From assembly GCA_036833435.1 (NCBI GenBank), contig DAITPV010000001.1:1-43318 (forward strand): 43,318 nucleotides of DNA, in the 5' to 3' direction. The first letter of the stretch is position 1, and each line of letters begins with the position of its first letter. Both the position numbers and the translations under genes were made by a program. Shown in pieces: positions 9,817 to 17,089 of this stretch. Below the pieces are notes generated by a model. That model was given only the letters and a program-made list of their open reading frames with translations. It was not told the DNA's origin and ran no database searches. Source of the DNA: Actinomycetota bacterium (lineage in GTDB: Bacteria; Actinomycetota; UBA4738; CALAEC01).

Positions 9817-10887
9817 TTGACAGCGCAACCTCTTCGATTCGATCAAAAGGGATGGGAGGCAGCTACCACATGGCAGGGAAGGCCTCCGACACCCTCCCAG
9901 ACATGGGCCCTCCTCCAAGATCCCCGCCTACCTCGCCTGTTCCGAGAGCAAGTCGCGCGTTCTGCCGCAAAGTCACCCACCCTATTAGGGGCGTTCGCCC
10001 AATCCAGGGCTGCATCTGGGCGTTCCCAGCAAGAAATCATCAAGGATGTGCAAAGGCTGACCGGTCGAAGCATTCGGGTGCAAACGGCGGCCCGGCTCCT
10101 AACCACCCGGACACAGCTCGGCTCATGGAAGATTCGCTTCACTAACCTTGTATCAGGCCGTTTCACGGAGCTACTGTTCGAGCGATCCTTTCGACCAAAG
10201 CTTGAGTCCCTCCGTCTCCAGCTGCATGAAGAGACCGGCCAGCGAAACTACCTTGATTATCGGATTTCCGCCGACCCTGATTTTGAGATAGGGATCAATC
10301 TAAAGAACGCTGGTGTCCAGTATCGGGAGTCAGCCAAATGGGTCGGTCTGCATCCTGAGGATACCCTTCCGATTGCTACCTACAAGATTTTTGGCTCTGA
10401 AGTGGCCAGGATCCCCCCTCTCATCTACGTCTTTCTCGTGGACTGGACATTGCTCGAGCGACTACGAGCAATCTACTGGACGAAACTACTCAACGATCAG
10501 GAGAGAGCCGTCTTTCGCTTCATCGCAAGAGCAAGAGCCATTCCTCGAAATGTGGAGGATGCGTTCATTGACGGGACCGCAGGCCGCGGACTGGCCAGGT
10601 TGACTAGGCTGTTGGGCTACGCAAGCCTTGAACCTTCCGAGTTACCGTTTCGTGCCATCTCGGCGGGCAAGTGCCGTCGTATCTTCTATGACCATCACGA
10701 CCGAAGCCCGTACGTTTATAGGCGTCGAATGAACACGGATCCGAACGTTCACATAAGTGTCTCGGAGGAGACTCTGAGTTTCGCCGTGTTTGTTGACAAG
10801 TACCTCGCTTCGGCAAAGAGTCGCCGCGACCTTCTTACGGAGCTGCGCCACACCATCCACCTACGAGTCGTTTCTCCCAGTGTTTGA
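9817..10887 (+). CDS. hypothetical protein; positional candidate for the type II restriction endonuclease partner of the adjacent m5C methyltransferase
   Basis: 356-aa ORF convergent with the dcm-like gene; the two stops are 4 nt apart, a classic R/M layout. A possible PD-(D/E)xK-like stretch (LDYRISADPDFEIGINLKN) is weak. I recognise no family. The TTG start is uncertain. Confidence 0.4.
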   Translation: MTAQPLRFDQKGWEAATTWQGRPPTPSQTWALLQDPRLPRLFREQVARSAAKSPTLLGAFAQSRAASGRSQQEIIKDVQRLTGRSIRVQTAARLLTTRTQLGSWKIRFTNLVSGRFTELLFERSFRPKLESLRLQLHEETGQRNYLDYRISADPDFEIGINLKNAGVQYRESAKWVGLHPEDTLPIATYKIFGSEVARIPPLIYVFLVDWTLLERLRAIYWTKLLNDQERAVFRFIARARAIPRNVEDAFIDGTAGRGLARLTRLLGYASLEPSELPFRAISAGKCRRIFYDHHDRSPYVYRRRMNTDPNVHISVSEETLSFAVFVDKYLASAKSRRDLLTELRHTIHLRVVSPSV

Positions 10888-10891
10888 CTCT

Positions 10892-12001
10892 TCAAATGGC
10901 GACGAGTTCCCCCTGAACTCCCGACGGACGAAAACCCTCCTCGAGCTGATGCCGCATGGCGACCCCGATGGTCCGAGCGAGCGGGGGAGGTACTGCATTG
11001 CCTACTTGAACCTGAATCGCACGACGGGTTCCAGCGAATCGAAAATCGTCGGGGAATCCGTGAAGCCGCCTGAGTTCCGGAACGCGTAACCGTCGGTTCT
11101 CCCAGTGGAAGGGTCCAACGTACGGACCGGGCTGCGCCTGGATAGTGCTCGCGGGTCTCGATGGATCCAGCTTGAGTAGAAACGTCCAATACCTAGATCG
11201 CCACTCGAATATCGGGTGGGGATGCCCTTCGTGAGCCGTGAAGTAGAGATAGTTTCTTCCGGGAGGAACCCCCGGAAGAAGGTGCCCGAACTTGCCGCCA
11301 ACGACCTCCTCTGGCTCGGGCGACGTGACCAAGTCTTCAAACACTTGCCCCGACGTCACGTGCGGAAGCAAATCCCCCAAATTCTCGGGTGGGCGCCTAC
11401 GTTCGTGTTCACCCCAATGTGTGGGGGGTGGAAACCTCAGTGGTTGATTCTCTCTGGATCCGATTAGAAAAACACGCTGTCGGTTCTGCGGAACCCCGTA
11501 ATCAGCGGCGTTTAGCACGGCGGCAGTGAGCGAGTAGCCAAGCTTGCGAATACCTTCCTTCAGGCCCGTAAAGAAGGGTGAGGATTGATTACGGTAAGCG
11601 AGGCCAAACACATTCTCCATTACGAACGCTCGTGGCCGAAGAGCGTCCAAGAAGCGAAGATAGTCCCACAAAAGACCAGCGCGGGGGTCTCGCCCCTGTC
11701 TCTTGTATTCGAGGTGAAAACCCGACTTGGAGAAGGCAACACACGGAGGGCCTCCCAGAAGAAGGTCCACCTCGCCAATGGCCACGTCTAGATCCCGCAT
11801 GACCTGTTCGGGATCCAGCCGAGTAATGTCCTGGGGGCGTAAGTGGCCCAAGTCAGGGAAATACTTCCGGTTCAGATCAAGTGTCTCGACAGCTGTTTGC
11901 TCATTTTCGACCGAGTAGACGACTGAAAAACCCGCCTGCTCGAAACCCAGGTCAAGTCCTCCCGCTCCAGCAAAGAGGCTTACTGCTGATCGCTGCGTCA
12001 T
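10892..12001 (-). CDS. dcm: DNA (cytosine-5)-methyltransferase
   Basis: Motif I SLFAGAGGLDLGF, motif IV GGPPCVAFS, motif VI FVMENV, motif VIII QNRQRVFLIG and motif X GNAVPPPLA are all present. The ATG overlaps the vsr stop as ATGA. Confidence 0.92.
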   Translation of the reverse strand: MTQRSAVSLFAGAGGLDLGFEQAGFSVVYSVENEQTAVETLDLNRKYFPDLGHLRPQDITRLDPEQVMRDLDVAIGEVDLLLGGPPCVAFSKSGFHLEYKRQGRDPRAGLLWDYLRFLDALRPRAFVMENVFGLAYRNQSSPFFTGLKEGIRKLGYSLTAAVLNAADYGVPQNRQRVFLIGSRENQPLRFPPPTHWGEHERRRPPENLGDLLPHVTSGQVFEDLVTSPEPEEVVGGKFGHLLPGVPPGRNYLYFTAHEGHPHPIFEWRSRYWTFLLKLDPSRPASTIQAQPGPYVGPFHWENRRLRVPELRRLHGFPDDFRFAGTRRAIQVQVGNAVPPPLARTIGVAMRHQLEEGFRPSGVQGELVAI

Positions 12002-12447
12002 CTTGAAGCAATCCTCTGCCGTACCGCCTGCACGATGCGATCCGCCGCCTCCACGGGATCCTCATGCTCCCACACGCGGATCGGCATCCAGTCTGCTGCC
12101 ACGAGAAGGGCATCATTCCGTGAATCCCGGGCTCGATTCACCTGAATCTTGGTTCTCCAGTATTCAGCGTTCACCCGCGGAAAGGTGAAGTGTTTGGGAC
12201 AGCCATGCCAATAGCAGCCATCAACGAAGACAGCGACGCGAGCCTTTGCGAAAACGAGGTCCGCGGTACCAACGTCCACGAACGGCCGGCGGGCCACGCG
12301 ATAGCGAAGACCGGAACGATGAACCTGGGCTCTGATCGCCAGCTCCGGCCTCGTGTCCTTCTTGCGATTCCCTCTCATAACCGCACGCACTCCCGCTGAT
12401 GAGGCCCAAGGCACATATGGCTGAGGGGCTGCGCCCGTGAATGACAT
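11998..12447 (-). CDS. vsr: very short patch repair (T:G mismatch) endonuclease
   Basis: RKKDTRPELAIRAQVHRSGLRYRV...ADLVFAKARVAVFVDGCYWHGCPKH...NAEYWRTKI is the canonical Vsr pattern. Confidence 0.92.
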   Translation of the reverse strand: MSFTGAAPQPYVPWASSAGVRAVMRGNRKKDTRPELAIRAQVHRSGLRYRVARRPFVDVGTADLVFAKARVAVFVDGCYWHGCPKHFTFPRVNAEYWRTKIQVNRARDSRNDALLVAADWMPIRVWEHEDPVEAADRIVQAVRQRIASR

Positions 12448-12531
12448 CGTCGTGATTCTAAGTGCCTGGACTAGGCAGGCGCTAGCCCGATCCGGCGTTG
12501 CTTGCGGGACTTGTTAGCTATCAGGGCCTAG

Positions 12532-12560
12532 TTGACAAACGGCGCTTAGTTGGTTAAGGT
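12532..12560 (+). promoter_or_regulatory. putative sigma-70-type promoter for the 12591-17802 operon
   Basis: TTGACA (12532-12537), 17-nt spacer, TAAGGT (12555-12560). It is followed by the SD AGAGGAGGAGG (12578-12588) and the GTG start at 12591. It lies in the divergent gap between vsr and the DGQHR gene. Confidence 0.4.
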
Positions 12561-12590
12561 CCTCCCCCAAGACTCGCAGAGGAGGAGGCC

Positions 12591-13880
12591 GTGGCGGTTC
12601 AGAATTCGATCCCTTCGGGTTACGCGGAGACGGACGATTACATCGGAGTCGCACACCAGCAGGATCGGCTGCGGCTAGTCACGGTGCAGCTCCCATGGCC
12701 AGCACTAGTAAAAATGGTGAAGCTCCCCGATCCGAGCCGCCAAACCGACTACAACCGACCCCTGCGGCCCGGGCATGCTCAAAAATTCATGCAATACATC
12801 GATGTCGTGGATCAGCCCTATACGCCGCCGATTGCCCTCTTCACAGACCCTGCAAATCTGGACGTCCAAGAGATCAAAGGGCTTCCTCAGTCGATAGGCA
12901 ACGTCCGGTTCGTGCTGGCCAAGTTCATCCGCTCAGCCCGGGATCAAGTTCACATCCTCGACGGACAGCACCGCATCTTCGGGGGGCACCTCCTAGAAGC
13001 CAAGTACCAGGAGGACCTCGCAAGCGCCCGCGAGCAATATCGACGAGCTGAGAAGTTCGAAGGTACTGAACTCGTCGCTGAAGCCCGTGACCGGGTGCAG
13101 AGGATTCAAGACAAGATCGCCCGGTTTGGAAGCATGACTGTCACTGTGCAGATCGCCCTCACGGGGGATCGTGGGGTTGCAAAACAGATCTTCGCCGATG
13201 TCGCCGATAACGCGCTAGGAATTTCTCGTTCGATCCTAAGCGAGTTTTCCACACGATCCGCCTTCAATCGGGCTGCGCAGGAACTGGCCCAGAAGGATCT
13301 CGCCGGTGTGGTCGACAACGTCAAGGATCGGATGTCGCGATCAAACCCTCACTGGCTCAGCCTCAAGGACGTGGTCAATGTCGTGCAAGGCCTTGAACTG
13401 CCGCTTGCTAAGCGCTGGTCCCACAAACTAGAGGAAAAGCTGGACGAGGGAAGAATATACAAGCAAGGCGCGGTCTTTTTCGCGGGACTTGCGGAGGCGT
13501 TCCCCGACGTCCGCCTTGTTCTCGATGGCGAACTCAGCGGTCCAGATCTGCGACTCGGGGGGGAGCAACAGAGCCTGCTGGGCTCAACAACAATGATTCG
13601 AGTTCTAGCCTCGGCCTACCGGGTCCTACGTGACGGCGACGAACACCACGGCCCCTTGCAACATGACGAGATTGTTGGCTTCTTCGCCTCCCTACCGATG
13701 CAAGCTGGATTTACGGGAGAGACGAGGGAAGACGCCCAGCCATTGCTCGACGCCCGTTGGCTTGAGACAGGAAAGTTCAGCTACCCGTACGTGGCCCCTG
13801 TGGCTAGAACGCAGGACATCGAGGAACTGACCGAGTTCATCGTGGCATGGACTAGGGAACGAAGCGAGACCGAAACCTAG
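12591..13880 (+). CDS. DGQHR-domain (DndB-like, ParB-fold) protein
   Basis: ILDGQHRIFGG is the eponymous DGQHR motif of the DndB family. 429 aa, GTG start behind a strong SD. No dndA/C/D/E genes are present in the window. Confidence 0.7.
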   Translation: MAVQNSIPSGYAETDDYIGVAHQQDRLRLVTVQLPWPALVKMVKLPDPSRQTDYNRPLRPGHAQKFMQYIDVVDQPYTPPIALFTDPANLDVQEIKGLPQSIGNVRFVLAKFIRSARDQVHILDGQHRIFGGHLLEAKYQEDLASAREQYRRAEKFEGTELVAEARDRVQRIQDKIARFGSMTVTVQIALTGDRGVAKQIFADVADNALGISRSILSEFSTRSAFNRAAQELAQKDLAGVVDNVKDRMSRSNPHWLSLKDVVNVVQGLELPLAKRWSHKLEEKLDEGRIYKQGAVFFAGLAEAFPDVRLVLDGELSGPDLRLGGEQQSLLGSTTMIRVLASAYRVLRDGDEHHGPLQHDEIVGFFASLPMQAGFTGETREDAQPLLDARWLETGKFSYPYVAPVARTQDIEELTEFIVAWTRERSETET

Positions 13881-13895
13881 GGAAGGGAGGACGAT

Positions 13896-14276
13896 GTGTC
13901 GGACAGAAAGACGGTATTCATCGCCTTTGCCAAGGAAGACGAGGGGATCCGCAATCTATTCACCGGTCAACGTGTGCACCCTAAGACGCCCTTCGAATTC
14001 ATCGACATGGCAGTCAAGGAGCCCTACAAAAGCGAGTGGAAACAGAAGGTGCGTTCGCGAATCAAGCGCAGCGATGGTGTCATCGCGCTGGTCTCCTCGA
14101 ACACGCCGTCAGCAGATGGCGAACTCTGGGAGATCAAGTGTGCGGTCGAGGAAGACCAGCCGTTGGTCGGCATCTGGATCGAAGACAAGTACCGGACGAA
14201 GCCATCGGTGATGGGAACTACTGCATGCAAGAACTGGACCTGGCAAAACGTGGCTGATTTTATCGACAGCCTGTAA
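13896..14276 (+). CDS. ThsB-like TIR-like domain protein (DUF1863 / MTH538 TIR-like family)
   Basis: 126 aa. KTVFIAFAKEDEGIRNLFTGQ...TPFEFIDMAVKEPYKSEWKQKVRSRIKRSDGVIALVSSNT...GELWEIKCAVEEDQPLVGIWI follows the family pattern (FisF..eD, fef.D.s, W.....I..sd.vi.l.s..T, W-E-I..A). The putative catalytic Glu79 codon is at 14130-14132. GTG start with SD AGGGAGGA, 15 nt after the previous gene. Confidence 0.75.
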   Translation: MSDRKTVFIAFAKEDEGIRNLFTGQRVHPKTPFEFIDMAVKEPYKSEWKQKVRSRIKRSDGVIALVSSNTPSADGELWEIKCAVEEDQPLVGIWIEDKYRTKPSVMGTTACKNWTWQNVADFIDSL

Positions 14277-14286
14277 GGGAGACGTC

Positions 14287-15237
14287 GTGAAACGCGCGCT
14301 CCTGATCGGTGTAGACGAGTACACGAACTTCCCTACCTTGACGGGTTGCGTAAGTGACGTGCTCGCTCTGGAACCCCTTCTATCCCAAGACGAGGATGGG
14401 AGTCCCAATTTCGACTGTCAAGTTAATGCCAGCGTAGATGTGACAGAGCGGGATGAGCTTATCGAGGCGTTACGAAGTCTTTTCGCACCCGGAGCCGACA
14501 TAGCCCTCCTGTACTTCGCAGGTCACGGAGCTGAGATCGACGGCGACGTGGTCATTTGTTCAACGGATGGGACGACCTCCTCGCCAGGGATACCCCTCGC
14601 CCAGGTTCTCGGCTTCGTTCAATCCTCGTCCGTAGGGGAGGTCATTCTGCTGTTGGACTGTTGCTTCTCGGGAGCTGCGGGCGGCGTCCCTCAGCTCGGT
14701 CTTAGCACCGCGGCTATTCGTGACGGTGTATCGATCTTGGCGGCTAGTAGGCCGGAACAGACGGCCGCGGAGGCACCGACGGGGCGGGGAGCGTTTTCAA
14801 CGTACTTGTGCGGGGCTCTGGGAGGCGGCGCGGCCGATGTCGTTGGCAAGGTGACTCTCGCGGGGATATACGCCTATCTCTCCGAATCGTTTGGGGCGTG
14901 GGACCAGCGACCGACTTTCAAATCGAATGTCGACCGGCTTCACGAGATCCGTCGTTGTAGACCTGCGGTGCCCCTGCAGGAGTTACGTCAGCTGCCTGAG
15001 ATCTTTCCAAGTGCAGACGAACAAGTGTCGCTGGATCCATCGTACGAGCCTACTGAGGAACCCAAGGATGACGAACATGAGGCTGTCTTCGCAATTCTTC
15101 AACGGTGCCGCGCGGCGAAGCTTGTGGAGCCGGTCGGCCATGACCACATGTACTATGCAGCCCTCTACGGCCTTTCGTGTCGTCTAACACAGCTCGGAAA
15201 ACACTATTGGCGGCTGGCCGAGCAGGGTCGACTGTGA
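14287..15237 (+). CDS. caspase-like (peptidase C14 family) cysteine protease with an uncharacterised C-terminal domain
   Basis: ALLIGVDEYTNFPTLTGCVSD, then LLYFAGHGAE (catalytic His80) and ILLLDCCFSGAAG (catalytic Cys125/126), which is the caspase/metacaspase His-Cys dyad context. GTG start with SD AAGGGAG, 10 nt after the TIR gene stop. Confidence 0.8.
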   Translation: MKRALLIGVDEYTNFPTLTGCVSDVLALEPLLSQDEDGSPNFDCQVNASVDVTERDELIEALRSLFAPGADIALLYFAGHGAEIDGDVVICSTDGTTSSPGIPLAQVLGFVQSSSVGEVILLLDCCFSGAAGGVPQLGLSTAAIRDGVSILAASRPEQTAAEAPTGRGAFSTYLCGALGGGAADVVGKVTLAGIYAYLSESFGAWDQRPTFKSNVDRLHEIRRCRPAVPLQELRQLPEIFPSADEQVSLDPSYEPTEEPKDDEHEAVFAILQRCRAAKLVEPVGHDHMYYAALYGLSCRLTQLGKHYWRLAEQGRL

Positions 15238-15707
15238 CGGTTGTGGGTGCCACAGGGCACCAGCAGATTCCCGGACCAGCAATCGAGTTCGTTCGAACGA
15301 AGATTGGTTCCGTCCTCGATCAATCCGGTCAGTTCACGGGGGTCTGCTGTCTAGCCGCCGGGGCCGACCAGCTCTTTGCGCGGGCCGTACTAGAACGCGG
15401 AGGCTTCTTGCACGCGATAATCCCTTCAGAAGGATACGAGGCTACGTTTGCGAGCAAGACCGATCGCGACACATATGTGTCTCTGCTACAGCGAGCGGAC
15501 ATTGTCGAACGCTTGCCCTTCCCTAGACCAAGTGAGGACGCTTTTCTGGCAGGAGGAAAGCGGGTAGCAGACGAGGCAAATGTCATCGTGGCGATCTGGG
15601 ACGGAAAGCCTGCCCGAGGCAAAGGAGGAACCGCCGACGTGGTCGCTTACGCGCGTGAGCGTCGCAAGAGGGTCGTTGTAATCTGGCCCCATGGACTGGA
15701 TCGATAG
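15234..15707 (+). CDS. standalone SLOG-like (Smf/DprA-LOG superfamily, MoCo-carrier/YpsA-like) putative nucleotide-ligand-binding protein
   Basis: VTVVGATGHQQIPG (glycine-rich loop after strand 1), CLAAGADQLFARAVLERGG, and ANVIVAIWDGKPARGKGGTADVVAYARERRKRVVVI (GGT motif) fit the SLOG Rossmann pattern. I prefer the GTG at 15234, which overlaps the caspase stop as GTGA, over the track start at 15177, which lies inside the caspase gene. Confidence 0.55.
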   Translation: MTVVGATGHQQIPGPAIEFVRTKIGSVLDQSGQFTGVCCLAAGADQLFARAVLERGGFLHAIIPSEGYEATFASKTDRDTYVSLLQRADIVERLPFPRPSEDAFLAGGKRVADEANVIVAIWDGKPARGKGGTADVVAYARERRKRVVVIWPHGLDR

Positions 15708-15750
15708 GATCAACCGCGGGGAGGGGACCAGCTTGAAGGGAGCGCATCAC

Positions 15751-16122
15751 ATGCCGGGAGAAGGGCGAGAGATCTTGAAGCGTCCTTTCCTCTATCAATT
15801 CGCTGAACCTGTCTCCGGAGAGATCCGGAGCGATACGAGGATTACCAAAATGCCAGAGACCACCGACGATGAGGGCGGACGACGCAAGCATATCCAGCGA
15901 CGTCACGCGACGCCCTTCCTAACAAGAACCGCTGAAGTGGCGCCGGGGCCTGTGGCCAATCGAACAATACTCACGCGCGCACGCGAAACAACCGACGATG
16001 AGCCCCGACAACTACGGTGGCTGAGGAGCACGCCTTTTGTCCAGCAAGTCCCGAGTCTCGGGGCGCGAAAGTCCAGGGGCAGGACCATTGTCACCGAGGC
16101 TCGGGAGACTACCGACGACTGA
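15751..16122 (+). CDS. putative multi-core graspetide (omega-ester RiPP) precursor with three leader-plus-core repeats
   Basis: Three units share the same pattern: RPFLYQFAEPVSGEIRSDTRITKMPETTDDE, TPFLTRTAEVAPGPVANRTILTRARETTDDE and TPFVQQVPSLGARKSRGRTIVTEARETTDD*. The PF(L/V) segment resembles the microviridin PFFARFL leader helix. The core T-x-x-T-x-x-x-E-T-T-D-D-E resembles T-x-K-x-P-S-D-x-E-E. It lies immediately upstream of an ATP-grasp maturase. ATG at 15751 has SD GAAGGGAG; an alternative ATG at 15691 overlaps the SLOG gene end. Confidence 0.6.
   Translation: MPGEGREILKRPFLYQFAEPVSGEIRSDTRITKMPETTDDEGGRRKHIQRRHATPFLTRTAEVAPGPVANRTILTRARETTDDEPRQLRWLRSTPFVQQVPSLGARKSRGRTIVTEARETTDD
15781..16119 (+). 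repeat. three tandem in-frame coding repeats (about 30-31 codons each, at 15781-15873, 15910-16002 and 16030-16119) separated by Arg/Lys-rich linkers
   Basis: Alignment of the translated units is given above. The linkers are GGRRKHIQRRHA and PRQLRWLRS. At the DNA level, ccagagaccaccgacgatgag, cgcgaaacaaccgacgatgag and cgggagactaccgacgactga are related. Confidence 0.75.
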
Positions 16123-17089
16123 GCGAGACGCGGACAAGAAGCACAAGTCCAAGCCTACGATCTTGTTGGTGGCCCACGGAGTCGACGAGCACTCGTCTCA
16201 CCTCGAGTCTCTGCTTCGGGCGCGAGGCCACGCAAGGGTCACTCGGATTTCCACCGATATACTTCCGAACGGGGACTTAACCTGGTCCCCAGGAAAGAAC
16301 CTCATTCTCGGCGACGATCATGTTCCGCTTTACGGTGCGGGCCTATGGCGTCGACCAGGCTTTCCCTCGGTTTCGGACTATGCAAGTGAATTTCGGGATT
16401 TTGCCGTCTCAGAATGCCTAGATGCTTTCGAGGGAGCGGTCTTGGCCAATTCCATCACATGGCTGACACACCCATCCGTCCTGACATACGCAGAGCTGAA
16501 ACTGATCCAGCTCCAGGTCGCACGCCGCCTAGGCATCACGATCCCAGCCACCCTAGTGACTAACTCGGCCGATAAGGCAACTAGATTTGCCCAGAAGCAT
16601 CAGCAAGTCGTCGTCAAACCCGTCAGATATGGCCTCCTCAATAACGACGCCGCTCGCCCCCTCGTGGCATGGACTAGCTCGGTATCCGAGGAGGATCTTC
16701 AGGAACTCAAAGGGCCCCCAGTCATTGTCCAGGAACGAATCGACGCCGAAGCGCATTTGCGTGTCGTAACGATTGGCCAGCGCACGTTTGCCGCAGCCCT
16801 CCGGACTGCCGAACTCGACTGGCGGTCAGAACTCTCAAACCACGAGAGTTTCGCTCCCGTCGCTGATCTCGATCTAATGAGACTTCTTGAGGACCAGGCT
16901 CAGCGAGTCGCTCGCGTCCTCCAGCTTGGCTATTCAGCTCAGGATTGGGTTCTCGCACGAAGCGGTAAGTTGTTCTTCCTCGAGGCCAACCCCAACGGCC
17001 AATGGCTCTTCCTCGACGACGCGTTCTCCGGGCAGATCTCGGAGTTCCTGGCTGCAGAGCTTGAAGCCTTGGCGACCGCGGTCACATGA
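16037..17089 (+). CDS. ATP-grasp ribosomal peptide maturase (MvdC/MvdD-like macrocyclase)
   Basis: The sequence follows the pattern of RiPP ATP-grasp ligases: WRRPGFPS, AELKLIQLQVARRLGITIPATLVTN, VVVKPV, VIVQERIDAEAHLRVVTIG, LDWRSE and GYSAQDWVLARSGKLFFLEANPNGQWLFLD. The start is uncertain. TTG 16037 has a GAGGAG SD 8 nt upstream but overlaps precursor repeat 3 by 86 nt. TTG/GTG at 16163-16169 would give MLVAHG... without overlap but without a clear SD. Confidence 0.8.
   Translation: MSSKSRVSGRESPGAGPLSPRLGRLPTTERDADKKHKSKPTILLVAHGVDEHSSHLESLLRARGHARVTRISTDILPNGDLTWSPGKNLILGDDHVPLYGAGLWRRPGFPSVSDYASEFRDFAVSECLDAFEGAVLANSITWLTHPSVLTYAELKLIQLQVARRLGITIPATLVTNSADKATRFAQKHQQVVVKPVRYGLLNNDAARPLVAWTSSVSEEDLQELKGPPVIVQERIDAEAHLRVVTIGQRTFAAALRTAELDWRSELSNHESFAPVADLDLMRLLEDQAQRVARVLQLGYSAQDWVLARSGKLFFLEANPNGQWLFLDDAFSGQISEFLAAELEALATAVT

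Noticed and set aside
15177-15233. Track start at 15177 for the SLOG-like gene
   Set aside because: It would overlap the caspase gene by 61 nt with an implausible N-terminus. GTG 15234, which forms a GTGA overlap, fits the operon's coupling pattern better.
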